This document shows positions 39,642 through 48,034 of a stretch of DNA of 64,000 nucleotides, in pieces (position 1 is the stretch's first letter; the number at the start of each line of letters is the position of its first letter). The translations under genes were made by a program, and so were the position numbers. The notes beneath the pieces are model-generated. The model made no database searches and was not told the DNA's origin. It saw only the letters and a list, made by a program, of their open reading frames with translations. This stretch comes from an uncultured Actinomycetota bacterium. Its GTDB lineage: Bacteria; Actinomycetota; Actinomycetes; Propionibacteriales; Propionibacteriaceae. The stretch spans positions 133,727 through 197,726 of the forward strand of contig CAVUZU010000009.1 of the NCBI GenBank assembly GCA_963746025.1. The letters run 5' to 3'.

Positions 39642-40246
39642 CAGACCAGACCGACCGTGTCGGCGCGCAGCTTCCCGCCGAGCCGGAACGCCTCCGCGAC
39701 GGCGATCAGGCCGATCACCCCGGCGAAGCCGACCAGCCACAGCGGGTCGAGATAGAAGACGAACTCCAAGCCGGTTCGGCGGAGCGTGCCGGTGATTCCG
39801 AGATCGGCCAATGCCACCAGGAAGGGACGGAGGACGAGCCAGCCCGCCAGCACCAGGGCAAGCCCTCGGACGGACCAGACGGCATCGGCGGAGAATGGCT
39901 CACTCGCGCGCAGTTGGCCGAGCAGGAGCGAGAGCAGGATCGCCGCCGCCGCGACGCAGATCAGGTCGACCAGGTCCGGCAGGATCGCCAGCCCCCACTG
40001 CCCCGGAGTCGCGCCGATGATCTCCCAGCGAACGTTGCCCTGATAGCTGACGGTCACGCCGTCCACCACCCGGATCGGGGCCGGTGCCTGCTCCAGCACC
40101 TGACCGTGCCAGATCAGTGGGCGCCCGGTGAGCCAGCCGCCGAGCGGCCACACCGCCCGGATCGCCAGGACCAGGACCCCGACCATGATCGTGATCCGGA
40201 CCCCGAGATCGTCCACTCGGGTCCAGCGCCAGATTCCGGTGCTCAT
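39641..40246 (-). CDS. DUF2975 membrane protein
   Basis: Four TM helices, EPFS, AEAFRLGGKLRADTVGLV C-terminus; paired with the YozG-type HTH. Confidence 0.88.
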   Translation of the reverse strand: MSTGIWRWTRVDDLGVRITIMVGVLVLAIRAVWPLGGWLTGRPLIWHGQVLEQAPAPIRVVDGVTVSYQGNVRWEIIGATPGQWGLAILPDLVDLICVAAAAILLSLLLGQLRASEPFSADAVWSVRGLALVLAGWLVLRPFLVALADLGITGTLRRTGLEFVFYLDPLWLVGFAGVIGLIAVAEAFRLGGKLRADTVGLV

Positions 40247-40270
40247 CGCAGTACTCCTTCAACCTTCGAT

Positions 40271-40303
40271 TTATCGTTCTTCGATAACAACGATAAACGA
40301 TAA
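40271..40303. promoter_or_regulatory. Putative operator of the DUF2975-HTH operon
   Basis: Palindrome TTATCG-N5-CGATAA plus further CGATAA copies at 40291 and 40298, in an AT-rich patch. Confidence 0.65.
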
Positions 40304-40381
40304 CCAGGCCGCGTGTCCACCGGCGCCGACCCGGACTGCGCGCGGTCGGGTGCCGGGTCCGCCCCCGCTACAGTTGGCGCC

Positions 40382-41314
40382 ATGACCGAGAGGCCAAGCT
40401 CACGCGCGTACGGCTGGGGCGTCGCGACGATCCATGACAGCGGGCAGGTGCTGGACACCTACTACCCGGCGCCGAGCCTGGACGGGATCCCGTCCGAGGC
40501 ACCGGCCGCGCTGGCCGGTGCGGCCCGTTCCGATGCGCTGCGGCAGGTCCGGACCGAGGTGGTCCGGACCGAGATCGAGCTCGACGCCGCGCCGAAGGAC
40601 GCCCCGGACGCCTACCTGCGGCTGCACCTGCTCAGCCACCGGCTGGTCCGGCCCTGGCAGGTCAACCTGGACGGGATCTTCGGTGCGCTGGCCAACGTGG
40701 TCTGGACCTCGGCCGGACCGTGCGCGGTCGACGGCTTCGAGGAGGTCCGGACCCGGCTTCGGGCCGAGCGCGGCCACCTGACGGTGTTCGGCATGGACAA
40801 GTTCCCGCGGATGATCGATTATGTGGTGCCGTCCGGTGTCCGGATCGCCGACGCCGACCGCGTCCGGCTGGGCGCCCACCTGGCCGAGGGCACCGTGGTG
40901 ATGCACGAGGGCTTCGTCAACTACAACGCCGGCACGCTCGGCAACGTCATGGTCGAGGGCCGGATCTCCGCGGGCGTGGTGATCGGCAAGGACTCCGACG
41001 TCGGCGGCGGCGCGTCGATCATGGGCACCCTGTCCGGTGGCGGCAAGCAGGTGATCTCGGTCGGCGAGCGTTGCCTGCTCGGCGCGAATTCCGGCCTGGG
41101 CATCCCGCTCGGCGACGACTGCGTGGTCGAGGCCGGCCTGTACGTCACCGAAGGGACCAAGATCACGCTGCCCGACGGCCGGGTGGTCAAGGCGATCGAA
41201 CTGGCCGGCCAGAACGGGCTGCTGTTCATCCGCAACTCGGTCACCGGCAAGGTCGAGGTCCGGAATCGGCAGGGCAGGGCGGTCGAGCTGAACGCCGCGC
41301 TGCACGTCAACTGA
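40382..41314 (+). CDS. dapD: Tetrahydrodipicolinate N-succinyltransferase
   Basis: [25 protein letters not shown], hexapeptide repeats, [17 protein letters not shown]. Confidence 0.96.
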   Translation: MTERPSSRAYGWGVATIHDSGQVLDTYYPAPSLDGIPSEAPAALAGAARSDALRQVRTEVVRTEIELDAAPKDAPDAYLRLHLLSHRLVRPWQVNLDGIFGALANVVWTSAGPCAVDGFEEVRTRLRAERGHLTVFGMDKFPRMIDYVVPSGVRIADADRVRLGAHLAEGTVVMHEGFVNYNAGTLGNVMVEGRISAGVVIGKDSDVGGGASIMGTLSGGGKQVISVGERCLLGANSGLGIPLGDDCVVEAGLYVTEGTKITLPDGRVVKAIELAGQNGLLFIRNSVTGKVEVRNRQGRAVELNAALHVN

Positions 41315-42138
41315 TGATCAGGACCAAGCTCACCGGTCTGCTCGGCGGTCTGGCCCTGTTGATCACCGGTGCCGGCTGCTCCGGATTCAGCCAGGCGGCC
41401 TCGTCGACGCCTGAGGGCTGCCTGGTCCGTACCGGTGACACGACGGTCGGAGTCGATCTGGAGCAGGCCAAGTACGCGTCGATCATCGCCGGCCTTTCGG
41501 TCCGGCGCTCGTTGCCCGCCCGAGCCGCGTCGGTCGCACTGGCGACGGCGTACCAGGAATCCGGGATCCGCAACATCGACTACGGCGACCGGGACTCGGT
41601 CGGCCTGTTCCAGCAGCGTCCCTCGCAGGACTGGGGCACGGTGAAGCAGATCATGGATCCGTACTACTCCACCGGCGAGTTCTACGATGCCCTGGTCAAG
41701 ATCAGGAACTGGGAGCAGCGGGACATCACCGAGGTGGCGCAAGCCGTCCAGATCAGCGCCTACCCCGACGCCTATCGTGATCATGAAGAAGACGGCAAGG
41801 CGCTGTCCAGCACCTTGACCGGGCACTCCCAGGCGGCGATCACCTGCTACGACGAGAGCCCGGCCGAGGGCGACGCGAAGGGCCTGGCCGCCGCGGTGCA
41901 GAAGACGTTCGGCAAGATCACCATCGACCGGACCGGCTCCACGCTGACCATCGGCGCGACGTCGAACGCGAAAGCCTGGGCCTACGGTCAGTTCGCCCTG
42001 GCCAACCTGGACGAGTTCGGCGTCGCCACCGTGACCGTCGGTGATCAGATCTGGCGGGTCGCGCCCGAGGCCCGCGGCGACTGGGTCGAGGCGGAGGCTC
42101 CCGCGAAGAAGCGGCAGGTCGTCGTCACCGTCCGCTGA
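41314..42138 (+). CDS. Secreted/lipoprotein with a lysozyme-like fold (putative cell-wall enzyme)
   Basis: Signal with AGC lipobox; ATAYQES..RNIDYGDRDSVGLFQQRPSQ.WG motif. Confidence 0.7.
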   Translation: MIRTKLTGLLGGLALLITGAGCSGFSQAASSTPEGCLVRTGDTTVGVDLEQAKYASIIAGLSVRRSLPARAASVALATAYQESGIRNIDYGDRDSVGLFQQRPSQDWGTVKQIMDPYYSTGEFYDALVKIRNWEQRDITEVAQAVQISAYPDAYRDHEEDGKALSSTLTGHSQAAITCYDESPAEGDAKGLAAAVQKTFGKITIDRTGSTLTIGATSNAKAWAYGQFALANLDEFGVATVTVGDQIWRVAPEARGDWVEAEAPAKKRQVVVTVR

Positions 42139-42152
42139 CCGGACCCCTGATC

Positions 42153-43265
42153 ATGCCGCCGACCGCACCGGAAGCGGAGCGGTCCGACGGCTCGGCCGTT
42201 CGGATCGGTGCCCTCGTTCCGTTGACTCGGCCCGGCCTGGGTCGCGGCGGGCCGCCAGCTGCCGGCCGGCCCCGAGCTGGCCGTTCGCGACGTCAACGAC
42301 ACCGGCGGGATCGGCGGCAGGCCGCTCGAGCTGCTGGTCCGAGACACCGCGGCCGATGCCGAGCGGGCCGCGGCGGCCGTCGACGAGTTGGCCGGTCTGG
42401 GCGTGGCCGCGCTGGCGGGTGAGTACCACAGCGTCGTCGCTCGCGCCGTCGCGGCCAGGGCCGACGCCCTCGGCCTGCCGTTCCTCTGCTCCTCGGCGGT
42501 GCTCGACTCGCTCACCGATCAGCCGACGGACTGGGTCGCCCGGCTGGCCCCGGCGCAGTCCCGGGGCCTGGCGGAGCTACGCCGACTTCCTGCTCGGCGC
42601 GAGCCACCGGCGGATCGCCGTGGCGACCCAGCCGAGTGTGTACTGGGCGACGGGGACCCGGATTCTGCGGGACCACCTCGCGCCGCGTGGCGGCACCGTG
42701 ATCGAGCTCGACCTGTCCGCACTGGCCCCCGCGGCCGTCTGCGACGAACTCGTCGAGCTGGGCACGACGGCCGTGCTGCTGCTGACCGGCCACCCGGAGC
42801 CGGCCGTGTCCATCGTCCGATCCGTCCGTCGCGACCAACGTCTGGCGAAGATCATGATCGGTGCTCCGGCCGGGCAACCCGAATTCGGCGATTGGGCGAC
42901 GCTCTTGGGCCAGGACGGCGCCGCGATCCCCTTCCTGCGTTACCTGCCCGAGCACCCGCAGCCCACTCCGTGCCCGGGTCGAGACGGCGCTCCGCGAGCG
43001 GCTGGCCGAAGCGCATTCCTTCGTCGCCTTCGAGGGCTACGACACCGTCGCCGTACTCGCCGAACTGTTGCGCACCCACGGCACGGACCGAGCTCGCCTG
43101 GCCCAATGCTGGCCGCAGATCATCGTCGACGGCACCCGCGGTCAGATCCGGTTCTCCCGCGTCCCCGGCATCAGCGTCTGGCAATGGGCCTGGCCGACGA
43201 TCCAGATCGTCGATCGAGACCCGGCCGATCCCGACCGCTTTCGCATCCTCGCTGCTCGCTGGTCA
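42153..43265 (+). pseudogene. Frameshifted type I (Leu/Ile/Val-like) ABC solute-binding protein
   Basis: VRIGALVP..ELAVRDVNDTGGIGGRPLELLVRDT..GEYHS..GYD..GTRGQIRF is continuous only after removing one C each at about 42237, 42568 and 42956. Confidence 0.8.
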
Positions 43266-44096
43266 GCCACCGGTCTGGACCAGGCCGAAGTCGTGCTCGT
43301 TCGGGATGGTCTTGCGCAGTTGCCGCCAGCCGTGGAAGTTGCCGACCCAGCCGGCCTCCGGCTCGGGCGTCGCCACATGCTCCAGCGGCGACAGATGGCC
43401 GCCGTCGACCAGCCGCTGATAGAGCCCGAGATCGGCGTCCAGGTCACGGACCCCGCCGTGGGTCAGGTAGCTGACCCGGGCACAGCGGGCGGCCGAGATC
43501 CGGCGCGCCTCTTCGCTGTGCTCGAAGGTGCCGTCGCGTTCCTCCGGCTGCAGCAACGGCAGGTGCCAGCCGCCGGCCCGGACCGGAGTCGGGGTGCTGT
43601 CCCCGTGCGCGGCGAGCATCAGTGTGGCGACCGTACTGATCTCGGGCTGGGCCATCGGATTGGCCCGCAGTGCGAAGAAGTTGCTCCACTCGGTCGCGGT
43701 GACGATCACGGTGTGCCACATGAACGGCTCGAGCAGCCGATTCGCCAACTGCTTGTGGATGCCGAGCCCGAGCAGCTCTTCCGCCTGCTCGACCGCTCGA
43801 TCCCGGGCGGTCAGCCAGGCAGCTCGGGCCGTCGCCGCGGTCGCCTCGTCAGCCTCGTGCTCGGCCTGCATCCCGGCTTGGTTGAGCCCCCAGCTGTCGG
43901 GGACGAACGGGTCCTCCCGGATCCGCGCCAGCTGTCTCTTGATCGGAATCGCCCGGCTGGAGGCGCTGTTGCGCGAGAACACCCGATGCGTGTTGAACTC
44001 CGCCAGCACCAGCCGCGGGAACGTGACCTCCATCGTCACCAGCCGCCGACCCGACGCCGAAACCGAGTCCGCGACCACCCTCGCCCCGTACCCCAT
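43263..44096 (-). CDS. thyX: FAD-dependent thymidylate synthase family protein (Thy1/ThyX), circularly permuted type
   Basis: EFNTHRVFSRNSASSRAIP, HKQLANRLLEP, NFFALR, AQPEI, SAARCARVSY, GHLSPLEH; GGAGG SD. Confidence 0.82.
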   Translation of the reverse strand: MGYGARVVADSVSASGRRLVTMEVTFPRLVLAEFNTHRVFSRNSASSRAIPIKRQLARIREDPFVPDSWGLNQAGMQAEHEADEATAATARAAWLTARDRAVEQAEELLGLGIHKQLANRLLEPFMWHTVIVTATEWSNFFALRANPMAQPEISTVATLMLAAHGDSTPTPVRAGGWHLPLLQPEERDGTFEHSEEARRISAARCARVSYLTHGGVRDLDADLGLYQRLVDGGHLSPLEHVATPEPEAGWVGNFHGWRQLRKTIPNEHDFGLVQTGG

Positions 44097-44158
44097 CTGC
44101 ACCTCCATCAGCCTTGTCCTCACCTCACCACATCCGCGCTGCCCCGAGACCGGCGGGA

Positions 44159-44302
44159 CTTCCGATCGACCCGTCAGATCCGCTGCGACACGCCGCTAGA
44201 TCGGCCGCGGATGTGACGGGTCGGCGGAATTTTGTGGTGAGCCGTCAGATCCGCGGCTGTTTTGGCGGCGTGTCCCAGCGGATGTGACGGGTCGATCGGA
44301 AG
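44159..44302. repeat. Family C inverted doublet (REPIN-like); contains the MFS stop codon
   Basis: Outer inverted repeat CTTCCGATCGACCCGTCA / TGACGGGTCGATCGGAAG enclosing two family C palindromes. Confidence 0.85.
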
Positions 44303-45525
44303 GCGGCGTGGTGGGCGAGGAAAATGGCGGTGGTCGCGCTGAGGACGCGGAAGGTGGCGTGGGCCGTGAGGGCGAGGACGGTGGCGCCGGCGGCGGCGAC
44401 GGTGCCGACGACGAAGGGGGCGCGGGGGTCGATCAGGTCGGCGAGCAGAGCGGCGATCGGGCCGCCGACGGCGGTGCCGCCGAGCAGGACGGCGGAGAAG
44501 ATCGCCATCACCCGGCCGGTCATCGCGGGGTCGGCGGCCTGCAGGGTGGCGGTGGCCGCGACGATGCACACCGACCAGGCGAAGCCGGCGACGGAGAGGG
44601 CGATCAGCAGCACCGGCACTGTCGGCGCCGCCGCGGTCAGCAGCAGCGCCGCACCCAACGCCGCGGCGGCCGGGGCCAGGGGCGGCGGACCAGTTGCGCG
44701 GCGGACGGCGGTGGCCACCATTCCGGCGAGGCTGCCCGCCATGCCGGCCGTGAACGTCGCGCCCACCAGGTCCGGACCACCGTCGAAGGTGATCCGGACC
44801 AGGATCGGCACCGACACCTGCACGGTGAAGCCGAAGGTGGCCACCAGCGCGAGGGAGAGCATGGTCGCCCGCAGGATCGGTGCCCGCCACAGGTAGCTCA
44901 GCCCGGCCCGCACCTGGCCGGCCGCCCTGGCCACCCGCGGCGACGGCCCGGTCCGGATCGTGGCCAGCAGCACCAGGTCAGCGGCGAACGACGCTGCGTT
45001 GATCGCGAACGTGGCGGCCACACCGAGCGTGCTGACCAGGATCCCGCCCAACGCCGATCCCACGGTCATCCCGAGCAGCATGATGGTGCCGGTCAGCGCG
45101 GACGCCGCCGGGGCCAGTTCGGCCGGCACCAGCATCGGCACCAGGGCCCGCCGCGCCGGCGTGTCCAGTGCGTTGATCACGCCCCAGGCCGCGGCCAGCA
45201 GATAGATCAGCGGCAGGGTCAGCGTGCCGGTCGCGGCCGCGACCGCGAAGCCGGCGGCGACCGCGCCCAGGCCGGCCTCGGCGATCATCAGCAGCCGCCG
45301 CCGGTCGTAGCGGTCGGCCAACGCGCCGAACCACGGCCCGATCACCAGGGTGGGCAGGAACTGCAGCATGATCACCAGGCCGAGTGCGTGCGGGTCCTGC
45401 TGCACCACCACCCAGGCCAGCGCGATCACCTGCGCCCAGGAACAGGTGATCGACGGCAACTGCCCCGCCAGATAGCGGACCAGCGCCGGTGACCGCAGGG
45501 CCGCGGTGGTGGGATGGCCGGTCAT
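44245..45525 (-). CDS. MFS transporter (MFS_3 / EntS-like exporter)
   Basis: GALADRYDRRRLL, LDTPARRALVP, GRVMA; about 12 TM helices; start overlaps the MAPEG stop; C-terminal tail reads into the repeat. Confidence 0.9.
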   Translation of the reverse strand: MTGHPTTAALRSPALVRYLAGQLPSITCSWAQVIALAWVVVQQDPHALGLVIMLQFLPTLVIGPWFGALADRYDRRRLLMIAEAGLGAVAAGFAVAAATGTLTLPLIYLLAAAWGVINALDTPARRALVPMLVPAELAPAASALTGTIMLLGMTVGSALGGILVSTLGVAATFAINAASFAADLVLLATIRTGPSPRVARAAGQVRAGLSYLWRAPILRATMLSLALVATFGFTVQVSVPILVRITFDGGPDLVGATFTAGMAGSLAGMVATAVRRATGPPPLAPAAAALGAALLLTAAAPTVPVLLIALSVAGFAWSVCIVAATATLQAADPAMTGRVMAIFSAVLLGGTAVGGPIAALLADLIDPRAPFVVGTVAAAGATVLALTAHATFRVLSATTAIFLAHHAAFRSTRHIRWDTPPKQPRI

Positions 45526-45962
45526 CAGAAGACGGTGACGGCTGTGGCAATGGCCAGCCCGACACCGAACAGGTAGGTGCCCATCGCGCCGAGCAGTCGC
45601 CGGTGATCTTCCGCCGCCAGAGTCTTCGTCGTCACCATCCCGTACGCGTGCAGGACTCGGGACACGGTCGCGCCGATGATCAACGGCAGCGCCAGCCAGG
45701 CCGGGGCGAGGGCGCCGACCAACAGGAACAGCACCATCAGGGTCGGCACGTACTCGATCGCGTTGCCGTGGGCCCGGATCGCGATCAGCAGCGGACTGGC
45801 CGGATCGGTGGGTGTCTGCGTGCCACCCTGGTGCGCGGTGACACCGCGCATCCGGGAAACGTTGAGACCGAGCAGGAAGATCATCGCGGCCAGGACGGCG
45901 ATGCAGACGATCGCGGTGATCATGCCCGGGCCGAGAGTGGCCGGGTCGAGATTGGTGATCAT
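45525..45962 (-). CDS. MAPEG family protein (microsomal glutathione transferase-like)
   Basis: NVSRMR, IRAHGNAIEYVP, SRVLHAYG; 4 TM helices. Confidence 0.9.
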   Translation of the reverse strand: MITNLDPATLGPGMITAIVCIAVLAAMIFLLGLNVSRMRGVTAHQGGTQTPTDPASPLLIAIRAHGNAIEYVPTLMVLFLLVGALAPAWLALPLIIGATVSRVLHAYGMVTTKTLAAEDHRRLLGAMGTYLFGVGLAIATAVTVF

Positions 45963-46930
45963 GCTGATTTCCTTTCCAGGTAGGGTTCGAGCAGGTGGTC
46001 CAGCAGGTCGGAGCAGAGTGTCCAGCCGAGCAGCGCGTCCGCCTTGCGCAGCGCGCCGACGCTGGTCACGTTGACTTCGATCAAGGACGGGCCGATCACG
46101 TCCAGCCCGGCCAGCCGGATGCCCATCCGGCGCAGCTCCGGTGCCAGCCGGGCACAGATCTCGTGGTCTCGTGCAGTGATCGGAGCTTCGGCGCTGGGCT
46201 GGCCGATCCGGAAGTCGCCGGCCATCGGATAGCGATAGACGGCGCCGACCGGTTCGCCGTCAACCACGAAGACCCGCTTGTTGCCCGCCGTCACCTCACG
46301 CAGGAATCGCTGCACCAGCACGGGTCTGGTGCCCAGCACCGTGCTGATCTCGATCAACGAGGTGAGGTTCGGGTCGTGCCGGTCCAGCCGGAGCACGCCC
46401 CGGCCGGAGAACCCGTCGACCGGCTTGATCACCGCCGCGCCATGTTCGGCGAGGAAGTCGCGGATCGTCCGCTCGTCGGCGGTCACCGTGGTCGGCGGGA
46501 CGAGATCGGGGAAGTGCAGCGGGAACAGATGCTCGCTGCACTCCCGCAGCCCGCGTGGATCGTTCACCAGCACGGTGCCGACCGGATCGATCAGGTCCAT
46601 GATCAACGTCGCGGCGACGAAGGCGTCGTCCACCGGCGGCTCGGTGCGCAGGAACACCGCGGCCAGCTCGTCCAGCCAGACCGGCCGCGTCTCGACGACG
46701 GTGAACCACGGATCGGGCACGCTCCAGCGGCACCCGGTGACCGGCCGGGTCGGCGCCAGCTCGATCCGCCGGGCCAGGGCCCGAGCCCGGCCGTCGACCG
46801 CCTCCAGCTGAACCGCCTCGGTCACCCACACCTCGGCTCCCCGATCCTGCGCGGCATGCATCAGCCCGACGCTGGTGTCGATCGACGGATCGAGCCGCTC
46901 CAGCGGGTCCGCGACGAAGCCGATCCTCAT
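45959..46930 (-). CDS. gshB: Prokaryotic glutathione synthetase-like ATP-grasp ligase
   Basis: FVADPL..LDPSIDTS..LMHAAQDRG, FLRTEPP, VNDPRGLR, IKPVDG, QRFL, KRVFVVDG, GLDVIG..IEVNVTS. Confidence 0.88.
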   Translation of the reverse strand: MRIGFVADPLERLDPSIDTSVGLMHAAQDRGAEVWVTEAVQLEAVDGRARALARRIELAPTRPVTGCRWSVPDPWFTVVETRPVWLDELAAVFLRTEPPVDDAFVAATLIMDLIDPVGTVLVNDPRGLRECSEHLFPLHFPDLVPPTTVTADERTIRDFLAEHGAAVIKPVDGFSGRGVLRLDRHDPNLTSLIEISTVLGTRPVLVQRFLREVTAGNKRVFVVDGEPVGAVYRYPMAGDFRIGQPSAEAPITARDHEICARLAPELRRMGIRLAGLDVIGPSLIEVNVTSVGALRKADALLGWTLCSDLLDHLLEPYLERKSA

Positions 46931-47937
46931 CGCACACCCGCGGCACTGATCGCCGCGGCCGGCTCGGCGATGAGCTCGGTGCCCGCGATGGCCAGCAGCG
47001 CCGTGGCCTCCGGCGACCAGCCGGCCGCGGCTTCAGCCCACGCCCGGTCCAGTTCCCCGGCCCGTGGCAGCAGCAGCTCCAGCGCCTCGCGCCGGGCCAC
47101 CGGATCGCCCAACAGGGTGCTGACCGTTCCCACGACGACCTCGATCCGATGCGCGGGCTGAGCGTCGAGGTAGCGCAGCTCGAGGTAGCCGCCGCGCGGC
47201 CGGACCGGCGGAAACAGGGTGGTCAGGTGGTACGCGGCGTCGGCCGTCGCCGGGATCGGCAGCCGGGGCGCCGCGGCGGCGAAGGCGGCGTAGGCCCTGA
47301 CCGGGTCGCCCGGATCCAACTGCCGCCCGTCGTAGCCGGTCCGGGCCGGGTCGATGCCGCGCCAGATCCGGGTCCGCTCGCCGCCGGAGTTGTCGAACGC
47401 GACGGCCAGCGCGGGCCCGGCCAGGTTGGCGACCAGCCATTGCTCCCGGCCGGCGGCGCCGGGCAACAGGTCGACCGCGAGTTGCAGCGACGCGGTCAGC
47501 CGCATCATCCGCCGCCCGCCCGGTCCGGCCCGGTCGAAGGTTGCCTGCATGGCGAGGTAGCGCGGCAGTGGCGTCCGCAGCGGCACGTCGGCACAGCCGT
47601 GGTACGGGTTCACGCCGGCCAGCTCGAGCCGAACGCCGCGGGACCGGGCGATCGCCTCGGCCCGGCCGAGCAGCCGGTGCAGCTCGGCGACCAGCGCGGC
47701 CGGCCCGGACCGTGGCGCCGGGCTCAGCTCCAGTTGCCCGCCCGGCTCGAAGGTGGGTCGGCCGTCGGCGATGAAGGCCGGATCGAAGCCGGCGACCAAC
47801 GCCGCCGGGTCGACCGGCCGCGGCGCCGCCGTGTCGGTGACCGGGATCAGTTCCACCTCGGCGCCGATCCGGCCCGGCCGTCGGGCCGGAGCGAACAGCC
47901 GGCGTACGGCCTCGTTCAGATTCCTGCTCTGGTTCAT
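46927..47937 (-). CDS. Glutamate-cysteine ligase (GCS2/EgtA-like)
   Basis: IGAEVE, TFEPGGQLELS, PRYLAM, MMRLTASLQ, RIW..IDPART, HLTTLFPPVRPRG.YLELRYLDAQ. Confidence 0.9.
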   Translation of the reverse strand: MNQSRNLNEAVRRLFAPARRPGRIGAEVELIPVTDTAAPRPVDPAALVAGFDPAFIADGRPTFEPGGQLELSPAPRSGPAALVAELHRLLGRAEAIARSRGVRLELAGVNPYHGCADVPLRTPLPRYLAMQATFDRAGPGGRRMMRLTASLQLAVDLLPGAAGREQWLVANLAGPALAVAFDNSGGERTRIWRGIDPARTGYDGRQLDPGDPVRAYAAFAAAAPRLPIPATADAAYHLTTLFPPVRPRGGYLELRYLDAQPAHRIEVVVGTVSTLLGDPVARREALELLLPRAGELDRAWAEAAAGWSPEATALLAIAGTELIAEPAAAISAAGVR

Positions 47938-48034
47938 GCCGTTACGGTCGCCCGGACACCGGTTCGGTGACATCAGTGGTGGTACGCAATCCGGTACTGC
48001 ATACTGCGAAAGAGGCCCGTTCCGGGGAGGGAAA

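Noticed and set aside
42153-44096. Prophage remnant suggested by the phage-style thyX
   Set aside because: No integrase, structural or replication genes, or att-like repeats visible
46927-47937. Ergothioneine biosynthesis cluster (egtA)
   Set aside because: No egtB, egtC, egtD or egtE nearby; the neighbours are gshB-like and MAPEG genes
47938-48034. LAL regulator operator (repeated TAC(T)GCA-like motifs) in the divergent promoter
   Set aside because: The repeats are too short and degenerate to call by eye; motif discovery across orthologous promoters is needed
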